A stretch of 64,000 bases of DNA from a virus. The notes under the pieces are model-generated. The model saw only the letters and a program-made list of their open reading frames with translations. It did no database searches and was not told the DNA's origin. The stretch spans positions 6,995 to 70,994 of IMG/VR virus record IMGVR_UViG_3300049002_000011. One strand, 5' to 3'. Positions 55,260-64,000 of this stretch are shown here, in pieces. The position numbers and the translations under genes were made by a program. The first letter of the stretch is position 1, and every line of letters starts with the position of its first letter.

Positions 55260-55606
55260 CTCGCTTAAAGCTTACGGCAAGGGAACAACGCGTACTTGAA
55301 TTCATCCGCGGCTACATTTCGTCGAACAACGAATCGCCAACCATCGCGGAGATCGGGCGCCACTTTCAGTTGAGATCGTCGGCGAGTGTTCACCAGATCA
55401 TCATCGCGCTGGAGAAAAAGGGCGCGATCAACAAAAAGCCAAACGTGAGTCGGGGGATCACGATCGTCACAGATAGCGACGTGACGGAAGAGATAGTCAA
55501 AGTTGGACCGGAAACGGTTTCGCTTGATCATCTGACCCCGCGACAAAAGGAACAGGCCGCGCGAGCATTTGCACGTCTCGACAGACACAGGAACTCATCT
55601 ATGTGA
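55256..55606 (+). CDS. LexA-type N-terminal DNA-binding domain protein (no peptidase domain)
   Basis: LTAREQRVLEFI...SPTIAEIGRHFQLRSSASVHQIIIALEKKG...SRGI. Confidence 0.85.
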   Translation: MTRLKLTAREQRVLEFIRGYISSNNESPTIAEIGRHFQLRSSASVHQIIIALEKKGAINKKPNVSRGITIVTDSDVTEEIVKVGPETVSLDHLTPRQKEQAARAFARLDRHRNSSM

Positions 55607-55642
55607 TCGATCTTTAAACCTTGGAAGGAGCAAACGACGACA

Positions 55643-55963
55643 ATGACAACAAGAGACTCAGCCTTGCCTTTGATGAACCACACTGACCTTTCTAACACAA
55701 TTCACGACGTCATCACGCGCGGACCGTCACGCGTAATCGTGGACACAGATGCCGGTCGCGCCAGTCCCGCGCGAGCTCTTGGCATGGGCATTTTGTCGGA
55801 CGTGATTTTTATACGTGACGACGGCTGGAGTCTTGGAGCTCCAACCGACCTGATCCAAGTTGCACATGACCTGTGGCCCGAACAGTGGGCCGCCGTCGTC
55901 AATGTGCAAACGAGGAACTGGCGCGTGTATGACCGAAACTGGCAAGAGGTAGTTGTTAATTGA
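55643..55963 (+). CDS. hypothetical protein
   Basis: GGAGCAAACG RBS; FIRDDGWSLGAP. Confidence 0.6.
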   Translation: MTTRDSALPLMNHTDLSNTIHDVITRGPSRVIVDTDAGRASPARALGMGILSDVIFIRDDGWSLGAPTDLIQVAHDLWPEQWAAVVNVQTRNWRVYDRNWQEVVVN

Positions 55964-56338
55964 GCAGCCACGACGACAACGCCCAATATGTTTGCACGAC
56001 GCAGCCACTCTGTCTTTGCATTGGTGAGAGCACGGACGCTCTCGCTGAATACGAATGTAGCTGCACGGGCAACATGCCGGGTTGTTCGAGAAAACGCTGC
56101 GAGAACTGCGACGCTCAGCTCAGATTAACACGAGACGAGTAAGCCCTTTAAAAGAGGATGAGCGCGCCGTTCGACTTACGGCGCGCTCGGAGCAAACGAC
56201 AGTTGACCACAACAAAAGGGAGGGCCAGCTTTAGGCGGGCACCGCTCTCAAAGCGGCTACTGTCATTCGTGCGAAGAATAGCACGGTTGCTCCGAGCGCG
56301 CATCGACAAAACAAACGCGACCGCGAGGAGCGAAACGA

Positions 56339-56674
56339 ATGCCACGGAAAACACGGAACATGAAGCTCTGCCAGTATTGTCAGAAACGCCCACCTGTGCC
56401 GGGAATGAAAGGCTGTCCTGAATGCGCCAGAGGCAACAAACAGGCCATGCGCAAGAAGCGGCAGGCAATCCTCGACGGCGGGATGTGCCAGTATTGCAGT
56501 AAAGAACCGCACGCTTTTGAAAAGAAGGGCTGTGCCGGTTGTTTGCGAGTGGCTAAAGTCAAGAGTCAAGTTCAACGGGAGAAACGTCATGCAAGTACCA
56601 ATAATCACGATGGACGCGGGGGAAGCGCAGCGGCAGGTCAATTTGTATCGAGAGTCGTTGAAGCAACGAACTGA
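56339..56674 (+). CDS. Cys-rich zinc-finger repeat protein
   Basis: Two CQYC...CxxC repeats. Confidence 0.5.
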   Translation: MPRKTRNMKLCQYCQKRPPVPGMKGCPECARGNKQAMRKKRQAILDGGMCQYCSKEPHAFEKKGCAGCLRVAKVKSQVQREKRHASTNNHDGRGGSAAAGQFVSRVVEATN

Positions 56675-57209
56675 CACCGTCGATCGAATGCTCTTGCGCG
56701 GTTACAGGAAACTGGCCGCGGGGCAGCGGCTCGTTGATGTCATCGAGGTCTTTCGTTCGCTGGACCGGTCACAGTACGACGACCAATGCCGGCCGCGTCT
56801 TGCGTTTGCACGCGCGACCGCAACTTACTGTCAATTTCAAAGAATCTCCGGAAACGGTTCGGCGCGGTTTACGGATTTGCCGGGTAAACCAAGCAAACGA
56901 AAACGACACGAATTTCCGGGCGGTACTTTCCTTCACTGGGACGCAATTGGACACTCGCACATGCCGGTTAATTACTGGAGCCGACACGAGGCGCGCGTGC
57001 CTTTGATCCCAACCTGCCTGCGCCCGCGCAAGGCGATCGACAGCTACTTTATTTTGTTCGAAGCGGAATGGAAGCCGATCCCGCCGAAGGATCCACTTTT
57101 ACTCAGACAACTGCACGAGGACATTTATGTGATCGTTGCAGAGTGGAACTTAACCGAATTAGAGCGCGCCGTGCTGCAGGGCATGATGCGCAAGGAGCAA
57201 ACGACATGA
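56589..57209 (+). CDS. conserved hypothetical phage protein
   Basis: VPLIP..LRP...YFILFEAEW...DPLLL...VAEWNLTELE. Confidence 0.65.
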   Translation: MQVPIITMDAGEAQRQVNLYRESLKQRTDTVDRMLLRGYRKLAAGQRLVDVIEVFRSLDRSQYDDQCRPRLAFARATATYCQFQRISGNGSARFTDLPGKPSKRKRHEFPGGTFLHWDAIGHSHMPVNYWSRHEARVPLIPTCLRPRKAIDSYFILFEAEWKPIPPKDPLLLRQLHEDIYVIVAEWNLTELERAVLQGMMRKEQTT

Positions 57210-58561
57210 GTGCTGAAGAATCGACAGCAACGCCAGTTCAAAACGTGAAACCTCCGGCTGATATGAAAGCACTCGATCAGCTTCGGTGGTATCTCGAGGA
57301 CGAAAAGAGCGGGTATCGCAGACGTCTCGAAATGATGGTGGGCCAGCGGCTACCGCAATTCACCGCTTCTTTGCTGAGCCTGTCCAGTTCGTCTTCAAAG
57401 TTCAAGCAGGTCGAACCAACTTCGATCATAGCGTCTGCGGTGATTGCGGCATCGCTGGATCTTCCGATCAATCAAAACATGGGCTACGCGTGGATTATTC
57501 CCTACGGGAAGCTCGCTCAATTCCAGGTCGGGTACAAGGGCTGGATTCAGCTCGCGCAACGCACCGGAAAGTACGCCGGCATGAATGCGTCGATCGTTAC
57601 GGCGGATATGTGGCAGGGCTGGGACCTCATTGGTGATCCAATGATTGACTGGTCCAAGTTCGACGCTTCCCAAGATGCGGTTGGTTACTGCTTTGCGTGG
57701 AAACTGATCACCGGCTTTACCAAGATTGTCTACTGGGACAGAGCCACCGTGCAGGCCCACGCGGAGCGTTATTCGAAAGCGTATCGCTACGGTCTGACGC
57801 ACCCGACCGAACGTAACGCGAAAGACTCGCCCTGGTTCACGCATTTTGATCAGATGGGTCTAAAGACTGTCATCAGTAATTCTCTGCGTAAGTGGGGAAT
57901 TATGAGCGTCGAGTATCAGCAGATGCAGGTCGCGTTTGAACGTGATCAATCAGCCGCGATCGACATCGATGCAGTGCCCATCTATCCCGATGCGGATGGC
58001 TTGAGCGTAGACGACGACAGCGATGACGCGGCTGAGGACACGATACGCAGACCCGAGCCGATACAAACGGCGGTGAAATCTTTGCCTGAACCGCAAGTTG
58101 CAGCAAGCTTCACCGTGCAGGATGTCAAAGCGGCTGGTCTGCCCACGCGCGAAGCCGAGCTGGTCGGCGGCGCTGAGCCCAAAGATCGAAGTGAAAGGAT
58201 CATGGTGGGCGAGATTAAGGGGCGCACCAAAGCAGAAAAGAAATTGCGTGAAGACTTCCTCGATCGCCAGCAGCAGACAACGAAGAAGACTCTACCAGCC
58301 GCGACCAGCCAGGTAACGCTCAACCTAACGCCGCCGACAAATGGTAGCGACGACACGGCGGCCTCGCCGGGTGCAATCGCCACGATCAAAATAAAAATGC
58401 AGCGTGACATTGTATCGCTGAACGATCTGCAAAAAATCCCGGAGTTTAAGGATTTGGCGAGCATCGACGACCTGAAACAGAGACAGGTTAATACTGTTCT
58501 CAAGTGGCTGAGAGACCCGCGCCACTTCGAGGAGCATCCGGAGGAACTCTATGCCAACTGA
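57206..58561 (+). CDS. recT: RecT family single-strand annealing protein
   Basis: AASLDLPINQNMGYAWIIPY..AQFQVGYKGWIQLAQRTG, SPWFTHFDQMGLKTV; ATG 57206 after GGAGCAAACG. Confidence 0.9.
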   Translation: MSAEESTATPVQNVKPPADMKALDQLRWYLEDEKSGYRRRLEMMVGQRLPQFTASLLSLSSSSSKFKQVEPTSIIASAVIAASLDLPINQNMGYAWIIPYGKLAQFQVGYKGWIQLAQRTGKYAGMNASIVTADMWQGWDLIGDPMIDWSKFDASQDAVGYCFAWKLITGFTKIVYWDRATVQAHAERYSKAYRYGLTHPTERNAKDSPWFTHFDQMGLKTVISNSLRKWGIMSVEYQQMQVAFERDQSAAIDIDAVPIYPDADGLSVDDDSDDAAEDTIRRPEPIQTAVKSLPEPQVAASFTVQDVKAAGLPTREAELVGGAEPKDRSERIMVGEIKGRTKAEKKLREDFLDRQQQTTKKTLPAATSQVTLNLTPPTNGSDDTAASPGAIATIKIKMQRDIVSLNDLQKIPEFKDLASIDDLKQRQVNTVLKWLRDPRHFEEHPEELYAN

Positions 58562-59210
58562 GATTCTCCGCAACGATAAGCACGTGTATACCGTTGACGG
58601 TCAGATCGTCACCGGAGTCACTGACTGTCTGCACGATTTAAAGAACCTGGAACGCGTGCCGGATGAAAACTTAAAACGCGCTCGCGAGCGAGGACTATAC
58701 GCCGACGAAGCGATCATGCTTTACGTCGACGACAACTTGAAAGAAGACACCCTCGATCCGGTGCTGGTGCCCTTTCTGGTGGGCTGGAAAAAGGCGGTGG
58801 CTCATTACGGCATCAAGGTCATCGCTTATCAACTTCGTGTGTTTCACCGCACGTACCGATACGCCGGGACGCTGGACATTCTGGCGGACATGACGAAAAG
58901 ACCCTCGCACATTCGCGGCAATGGTCTGATTGTTATCGATCTGAAATGCACCTATCAGATCGGCGACGAAGTGGCCTTGCAGTTGTCGGCATACGAGAAC
59001 GCCTACAACGACGAGCTCGCCGCCGGGCGTGCAGCGACAATGCTCGAGCCGCGCGCTCAGCATCGTCTCGCCTTACAACTTATCGACGATAACGGCGGCG
59101 ACTTCGTGCCGCATTGGTTCAACGAGCCAACCGACTTTATGGTTTTTGTTGGTTGCCTCTATCGACATAACTGGAGGATTAAGCATGGGCACACAATTGA
59201 ACACCGCTGA
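58551..59210 (+). CDS. PD-(D/E)XK exonuclease
   Basis: HVYTVDG..VTGVT, YAGTLD...IDLK...LQLSAY; adjacent to RecT. Confidence 0.8.
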   Translation: MPTEILRNDKHVYTVDGQIVTGVTDCLHDLKNLERVPDENLKRARERGLYADEAIMLYVDDNLKEDTLDPVLVPFLVGWKKAVAHYGIKVIAYQLRVFHRTYRYAGTLDILADMTKRPSHIRGNGLIVIDLKCTYQIGDEVALQLSAYENAYNDELAAGRAATMLEPRAQHRLALQLIDDNGGDFVPHWFNEPTDFMVFVGCLYRHNWRIKHGHTIEHR

Positions 59211-60120
59211 CAACAACAGAAGCGCGACGCCGACGCCGATCGACGTCGTACAACGCAGTATTTTTCAAATCGTAATTTACGATCGCGATTTTCCGCCGAC
59301 GATCGTTCTGGACGTCTCACTCCTGCCGGCTGACATCCAGGCGTTGCTCAAACAGGCAAAAGAAACGTTGCAGGACGCGGAGGATGTCATCGTTGACTCT
59401 GAGCCGATGTACGAATACGCCGCGCGTTTAAGACGACAAGCTCGCGACGACTTCCGTGCTCTTGACGAGTTCCGCAAGTCGATCATTACGCGCATCGATG
59501 CGATCTGGGAGTCGGTTATGGTGGTCTTTCGTGGAGAGAAGTCGTCTCAGAACGGACCGTTGCCGTGGCTGGACCAAGGCCGTCTGCTGCTCGACGAGAA
59601 GATCATCACCTGGCAGGACGCTGAAACAAGACGACGCGATCTCCTTCAGAAGCAAGTCAACGACGAGATCGCGCAAAAACGCCAGGAGAAGTTAGAAGAG
59701 GCTGACGAGGTGCAGTTAGAAGCGCAGGCCGTGTTAGTTGGATTGTCGGAGACAGCTCGCCAGGCGGAACAACATCACGACGACGAAACTTTGTCGAACG
59801 TGTTACACGAAGCGCGTGAAGTTTCGGACAACGCCCAACGGCGAACAACTGCGCTCGTCAATGAGGCCGCGCTGTTGTTTCCGTCGCCGATCGCGTTGGC
59901 CCCTATCAGAAAAGCGGCGGGCTTCACGCGCACAGAAAAGAAAGAAGTCGAGGTCTACGATCTCCGCGCTTTCTTTAAGGGCATCGCCGACGGCCAGATT
60001 CCGATGATCATGGGTCTGCCCAACCAAAAGCTGCTCGACAAACATGCGGCTCCTCTTGGTGATGAGTTGAACTATCCGGGTTGCCGAGTCATCACTAAAA
60101 AGCGAGGCGCATCACGATGA
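59185..60120 (+). CDS. coiled-coil recombination-module protein (Gp157/Gam-like)
   Basis: Long helices and C-terminal EVYD...PN...L...YPGCRV pattern. Confidence 0.55.
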   Translation: MGTQLNTADNNRSATPTPIDVVQRSIFQIVIYDRDFPPTIVLDVSLLPADIQALLKQAKETLQDAEDVIVDSEPMYEYAARLRRQARDDFRALDEFRKSIITRIDAIWESVMVVFRGEKSSQNGPLPWLDQGRLLLDEKIITWQDAETRRRDLLQKQVNDEIAQKRQEKLEEADEVQLEAQAVLVGLSETARQAEQHHDDETLSNVLHEAREVSDNAQRRTTALVNEAALLFPSPIALAPIRKAAGFTRTEKKEVEVYDLRAFFKGIADGQIPMIMGLPNQKLLDKHAAPLGDELNYPGCRVITKKRGASR

Positions 60121-60320
60121 TGGTTGCTCAGATCGAGATTGAGGTAATGAATCAGACGGAGGCAGAGGCAATTCAACGCGCACTCGAACAACCCGACGTG
60201 TTGGCATACGTGAAGATTGTCGGTTTGCTGCTTCCCATGGGCCAACGTGCTCGCGAGCGTATTCTCAGATACGCCGTGGACGTCGTCGGCGAACAACAAC
60301 AGGAGGCTAGCAACACGTGA
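60117..60320 (+). CDS. hypothetical protein
   Basis: Coupled small ORF. Confidence 0.5.
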   Translation: MMVAQIEIEVMNQTEAEAIQRALEQPDVLAYVKIVGLLLPMGQRARERILRYAVDVVGEQQQEASNT

Positions 60321-60541
60321 TAGATACAGTGGAGAACCCCCCTATGGACATTCCCCTAATGATGCAAGCTCTGAGTCGTTGCGCTCAGCCGCAGCGCGAC
60401 GTCGCGATGTTTTTGATTATCGCAACGTGTGACGAAGAGAGCGAAGTACGCCAAGCCTTCGCCTCGCTAACTCCAGACGCCAAACGCGTGTTGTGGAACA
60501 CGTGTAAACGCGTCGACCAGCAACTGAAAGGAAAACGATGA
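60317..60541 (+). CDS. hypothetical protein
   Basis: Coupled small ORF, GGAGG RBS. Confidence 0.5.
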   Translation: MIDTVENPPMDIPLMMQALSRCAQPQRDVAMFLIIATCDEESEVRQAFASLTPDAKRVLWNTCKRVDQQLKGKR

Positions 60542-60834
60542 GCCAACCATTTGTTTCATGTCGAAATTGTTTTATGCAGCTCGATGCGCGCCTGGCCCCG
60601 CAGTTTGGGTACACCTGTCAGGGTTGCGGCGAGCGCGTGTGTTTTCGTTGCGGATGCACCGAACGCTTTGCGTGTATCACCGTCAGTGAAAACAAAACCA
60701 AGACCTCGAAGACGACCACCACATGCTCGTGGAGCGCCATTCCGGACTTGTGCAGCACCTGTTACTCACAGGTAGCTGCTGAAGCTTACGCAGATGCGAC
60801 CGAAGATGAGGAAAGCAGTTTGCTTATCCTATGA
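60538..60834 (+). CDS. Cys-rich zinc-finger protein
   Basis: CRNC...CQGC...CFRCGCT...CSW...LCSTC. Confidence 0.6.
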   Translation: MSQPFVSCRNCFMQLDARLAPQFGYTCQGCGERVCFRCGCTERFACITVSENKTKTSKTTTTCSWSAIPDLCSTCYSQVAAEAYADATEDEESSLLIL

Positions 60835-60919
60835 CGGCGCGCGTCCTCGATCAGATCGCGCCTGCATTTCGACGAATGATGCAAGACGCGGAGAAACAAC
60901 TTAAACGGAGCAAACGACA

Positions 60920-61162
60920 ATGGAAACCAAAAATCAAAAGACAGTTCGAGTTAACTTCGCCAAACGCGCGCGCCTGCGTGCTGGTCAACCTATAAATCAA
61001 TTCATTCGCGAGATGGGCGGTATGCCCGCGCTGAGTGATGAAGACTGTGGCCGTCTCTCGTGTTGGGCTCGCTCGAATCGAGTGCGCGGTAACCTGAACC
61101 ATAAACGCTTTTGGTCCTATGACTGGAAAACCTATCGACTCAACCGGGAAGGAAGTACTTGA
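60920..61162 (+). CDS. hypothetical protein
   Basis: GGAGCAAACG RBS. Confidence 0.5.
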   Translation: METKNQKTVRVNFAKRARLRAGQPINQFIREMGGMPALSDEDCGRLSCWARSNRVRGNLNHKRFWSYDWKTYRLNREGST

Positions 61163-61718
61163 AGTGAAACATCGACGGATCCCTTTAATCTGCAACGCGG
61201 ATTCAATGCGACGGATTCAAGCCGGAACCAAAACGCAGACGCGGCGCGTAGTCACGCCACAACCCGGCCCGCGAGTCACCTCGGTGCAGCGCGGCGCTTT
61301 TCCCGATAGCTGGATCGCCTACATCGGCGATTACGGAGTGCAACAGTTGGCGTGCTCGCTCGGTGGCATCGGTGACATCTACTGGTTGCGGGAGCCGATC
61401 CGAAACGTCAACGGGTTTGTGCAGTACGTCTCCGATGAAGTGATCTCCAAACATCGCTGGCCAGGGGGGCGCAATTACCGCCTGGCCAGGTGGATGCCCG
61501 AGAAGGTTTGCCGCTTCGAAGCTCGAGCTGTGGACATTCGCGTTGAACGTCTTCAATCAATCTCGATCGAAGACGCGCGCGCCGAAGGTTTCGTTGAAGC
61601 GGAAGCGTTCTTTCGCGCGTGGGACGCAACGACGATGAAAGATGCCGAAAAGGTTACTGCCAACCCGTGGGTATGGGCCAGTGCTTTCATCATTACGAAA
61701 GGAAAGGAGCGAAAGTGA
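61119..61718 (+). CDS. ASCH/PUA-like domain protein
   Basis: AGTKTQTRR...WLRE...RVERLQSISIEDARAEG...NPWVW. Confidence 0.8.
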   Translation: MTGKPIDSTGKEVLEVKHRRIPLICNADSMRRIQAGTKTQTRRVVTPQPGPRVTSVQRGAFPDSWIAYIGDYGVQQLACSLGGIGDIYWLREPIRNVNGFVQYVSDEVISKHRWPGGRNYRLARWMPEKVCRFEARAVDIRVERLQSISIEDARAEGFVEAEAFFRAWDATTMKDAEKVTANPWVWASAFIITKGKERK

Positions 61719-61957
61719 CGAAAGAACAACGCAAGGTGAAACGACTATTGAAGAAGATGGACGACCTGCGAGATCAGTACAACGCCGCGTGTATAGCAGC
61801 GTTTCCCGTTGGCACTAAGGTTTCTTACGCACATGGTGATCTGCTGCGTTGTGGTCGTGTCGTGGATACCGGCCACGGACACCGATTGAAGGTCGAACAT
61901 CCGAGCGGCGCTGCTCCGTGGATTGAGACGGCGCGCATCATTGACGAGATGGAATAA
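61715..61957 (+). CDS. hypothetical protein
   Basis: GTG start after AAGGAG; FPVGTKV SH3-like segment. Confidence 0.5.
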   Translation: MTKEQRKVKRLLKKMDDLRDQYNAACIAAFPVGTKVSYAHGDLLRCGRVVDTGHGHRLKVEHPSGAAPWIETARIIDEME

Positions 61958-61968
61958 GGAGTACGAGC

Positions 61969-62172
61969 GTGATTACTTACTCGCAAGTCGACTCGATCGC
62001 CGGCGACCTGGAGTTCGCGGCCATATTGTTCAAAGGCGAGGCAGTGCCTTTGACGGCCGAGCTCGTGCAGATGATGTCCGAACTGCACAATTCGATCACG
62101 GTCGCCGCGGAAATTTTGCGGGCTTTACCGATCGAAGTCGTCGAGGCTCTCCCGAGCCATATAACGAAGTGA
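61969..62172 (+). CDS. hypothetical protein
   Basis: AAGGAG RBS. Confidence 0.5.
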   Translation: MITYSQVDSIAGDLEFAAILFKGEAVPLTAELVQMMSELHNSITVAAEILRALPIEVVEALPSHITK

Positions 62173-62205
62173 CAGAGGGGTTGACGCAGATGTGGAGCAA
62201 ACGAC

Positions 62206-62433
62206 GTGAACGACAAACAACGCAAGCGACAACCAGAATCGATAACGGATGGAAGTATTGACGCTGGTCTAATACTGCTGGCTGAGATCTCGCCGCCCGG
62301 CAAGCAATGGTCACAAGCGGAAATAGCGGAAGCGTGTGGCTGTTCACGCGGACAGATATGGTCTATCGAATCGCGCGCGCTCGCTAAACTGCGCAAACGG
62401 CTGGAGCGACTGCGCCATGAGGGACGGATATGA
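62206..62433 (+). CDS. stand-alone sigma70 region-4 HTH protein
   Basis: WSQAEIAEACGCSRGQIWSIESRALAKLRK. Confidence 0.75.
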   Translation: MNDKQRKRQPESITDGSIDAGLILLAEISPPGKQWSQAEIAEACGCSRGQIWSIESRALAKLRKRLERLRHEGRI

Positions 62434-62660
62434 GAGAGAATCCAACCGACTCGGTCCACCCGCGATTCACTGTTTGGTGCGTGTACGGCGACTGTGGCGC
62501 CTGTCAGCGCAGTAAGGCGCTAAACGATGATGTTGATGATTGCGACTGTCCGTGTCATGGGAACTGGCAACCAGCCACCTCGACCAGCAGGGCGCAAACC
62601 ATCAACCAACAACCCTTCACAAGACGGAGACTGATTCGACTGCAAAGGAGTAAACGATGA
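62430..62660 (+). CDS. small Cys-rich protein
   Basis: C...DCGAC...CDCPCH. Confidence 0.5.
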   Translation: MRENPTDSVHPRFTVWCVYGDCGACQRSKALNDDVDDCDCPCHGNWQPATSTSRAQTINQQPFTRRRLIRLQRSKR

Positions 62661-62896
62661 CCAAACGAAAACATCAGGACGGTGAGCGCGTCTACATTGT
62701 TTTTGATGAGCGCGCAGCATCCGGAGACACAGACGACGCGGGAGTGCTGGAGTCCCTCGCCGCCACCAACAATGAATCAGCCAGGCGCGAAGCGTTAGCA
62801 GACTGGCGAGGCACGCCGTTCGTTTTGTACGGGTACACGTTCAAAGACGGCGAGGCAGTCCAGGACGACGCGCCGGTAATGAAGCACCGGTGTTGA
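62657..62896 (+). CDS. hypothetical protein
   Basis: GGAGTAAACG RBS variant. Confidence 0.55.
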   Translation: MTKRKHQDGERVYIVFDERAASGDTDDAGVLESLAATNNESARREALADWRGTPFVLYGYTFKDGEAVQDDAPVMKHRC

Positions 62897-62906
62897 AGGG
62901 ATCGCC

Positions 62907-63524
62907 ATGAGATTTTGCAACAAAGTGAAGATCGGAAACTCGGTCGGGTTTGTCTGCGGCCATGAAGCCCCGCGGCGCAAGTGTCAATTCTGCCGACAAC
63001 GTCCGGGAGAAAATCAGTGTGACTTCCTGACGGGCGGCAAATGTCGCAAGTGCAAAGGACACGGCGAGCGCTCGATGGATAAGACCGAACAACAGTTCCA
63101 CACTAACTTTGCGGAGCTGCTCAGCCTCGAAGGCGACGACGAAAAATCGATGTTGACGCGTGAACAAGCAGCGGCCGGAATGGAAGCGTTGACGGCGAGT
63201 CTGGTTTGTTACTGGTGCGCGGGCAAGGGCAAGGCGATGTGCAATCGCTACTTCTGCGGTGTTGATTGCGGCATTCGCATCTCCGACAAAGAAGGTTACT
63301 GCCCAGACCATTGCGCCGCGGCCGGCCACCCGAAGAAGCTTACCCGCGAGCAGTGCCACTGGATTCTCGACACCGCGCTACAACCGGCCGGTAAGTGTTT
63401 GCGACAGAAGTGCCGCCGGATGGTCCAGGTTGATGAGCGGCGACTCTTGTTTCCCAAACGCGGGCGCGTAATGTGCGCGCCTTGTGGTGAAGAGTACTTA
63501 CGACTGACGGAGCAAACTACATGA
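62907..63524 (+). CDS. multi-zinc-finger protein
   Basis: Numerous CxxC pairs including DnaJ-like CxxCxGxG. Confidence 0.6.
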   Translation: MRFCNKVKIGNSVGFVCGHEAPRRKCQFCRQRPGENQCDFLTGGKCRKCKGHGERSMDKTEQQFHTNFAELLSLEGDDEKSMLTREQAAAGMEALTASLVCYWCAGKGKAMCNRYFCGVDCGIRISDKEGYCPDHCAAAGHPKKLTREQCHWILDTALQPAGKCLRQKCRRMVQVDERRLLFPKRGRVMCAPCGEEYLRLTEQTT

Positions 63525-63664
63525 GAAGAACAACACGCAATCAGATCATCGCGGCTGTCGTTTTCATCGGCCTGTTTCTGGTGTTCTTTCCCGAGGTGAT
63601 CAGCCTGGCTGACTGGCTCGTGAACCTCTTTGAGCAGATAACCGCTCAACTAAATGAGTTATGA
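63521..63664 (+). CDS. 47-aa single-TM peptide
   Basis: MRRTTRNQIIAAVVFIGLFLVFFPEVISLADWLVNLFEQITAQLNEL; GGAGCAAACT RBS. Confidence 0.5.
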   Translation: MRRTTRNQIIAAVVFIGLFLVFFPEVISLADWLVNLFEQITAQLNEL

Positions 63665-63763
63665 TTTTGCAGACACCTCGCACCCCAACAACCTGTAGCA
63701 AAGGAGAATTCTAGGACTTGTAAGTTTCTCTCTTCGCTTCAAACGACAAAAGGAGCAAACGGA

Positions 63764-64000
63764 GTGACAACACCCCTTTCGGTGACGTGTACTCACTGCG
63801 GCGGCAGCGGCCGCCTGCAACTCAGAGGGATTTACCTTGACACCTTCAACGTTCTCAGCCAGCAGAAAGCAGCAGTAACCGCGCGGGCTCTTGCCATCAT
63901 GTGTAACTGCAAAGTGACCGCGATGAAAGCACGGTTGAATTACCTCGAGCGGACCGGACTGGTGAAGCACGAGCGCATTGAGCGCGAACGATATTGGACC
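63764..64000 (+). CDS. zinc-ribbon/winged-HTH protein, partial
   Basis: GTG after GGAGCAAACG; CTHCGGSG...TARALA...RLNYLERTGLV. Confidence 0.55.
   Translation, partial: MTTPLSVTCTHCGGSGRLQLRGIYLDTFNVLSQQKAAVTARALAIMCNCKVTAMKARLNYLERTGLVKHERIERERYWT

Noticed and set aside
27512-63761. CRISPR array or mini-array from the repeated GGAGCAAACG motif
   Set aside because: Copies are only 10-14 bp, irregularly spaced and tied to start codons; no cas genes
1-64000. tRNA genes, integrase/att site, reverse transcriptase (DGR/retron)
   Set aside because: No cloverleaf, tyrosine/serine recombinase or YxDD RT motifs recognised by eye; they could lie outside the window

Overview
This window is a ~64 kb slice of a tailed dsDNA phage (or prophage/phage-plasmid) genome with siphovirus-type tail genes. 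Positions 1-54.3 kb are transcribed leftward and 54.4-64 kb rightward from a divergent control region at ~54.3-54.4 kb. From the left: tail tip (GTA-like DUF2460/DUF2163/NlpC module), tape measure, frameshifted tail chaperone, two paralogous tail-tube genes, neck genes, P22-like major capsid, scaffold, Ntn-type protease, portal and terminase (1-20 kb); a ParB-like/ABC-ATPase-GNAT block and a lysis cassette with a GH19 endolysin behind a long structured late leader (20-29.7 kb); an accessory region with two AAA ATPases, an Acb2/Tad1-like protein, an HD-GYP phosphodiesterase, VRR-NUC, NinG and a ~570-nt hairpin-dense non-coding element containing a parS palindrome (30-50 kb); then ParB, a replication initiator with iterons, RecT/exonuclease and many small genes (50-64 kb). 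No integrase, full cI-type repressor, tRNA or CRISPR array was seen. The most striking unexplained signals are (i) an exact 10-mer GGAGCAAACG, co-oriented with transcription at 18 sites and 16 times directly ahead of start codons of non-virion genes; (ii) the large structured non-coding element, which carries segments antisense to that motif; and (iii) a 592-aa accessory protein carrying short look-alikes of the phage's own scaffold tail, a capsid helix and a terminase-type P-loop. All family assignments come from motif recognition by eye; no database search was run.
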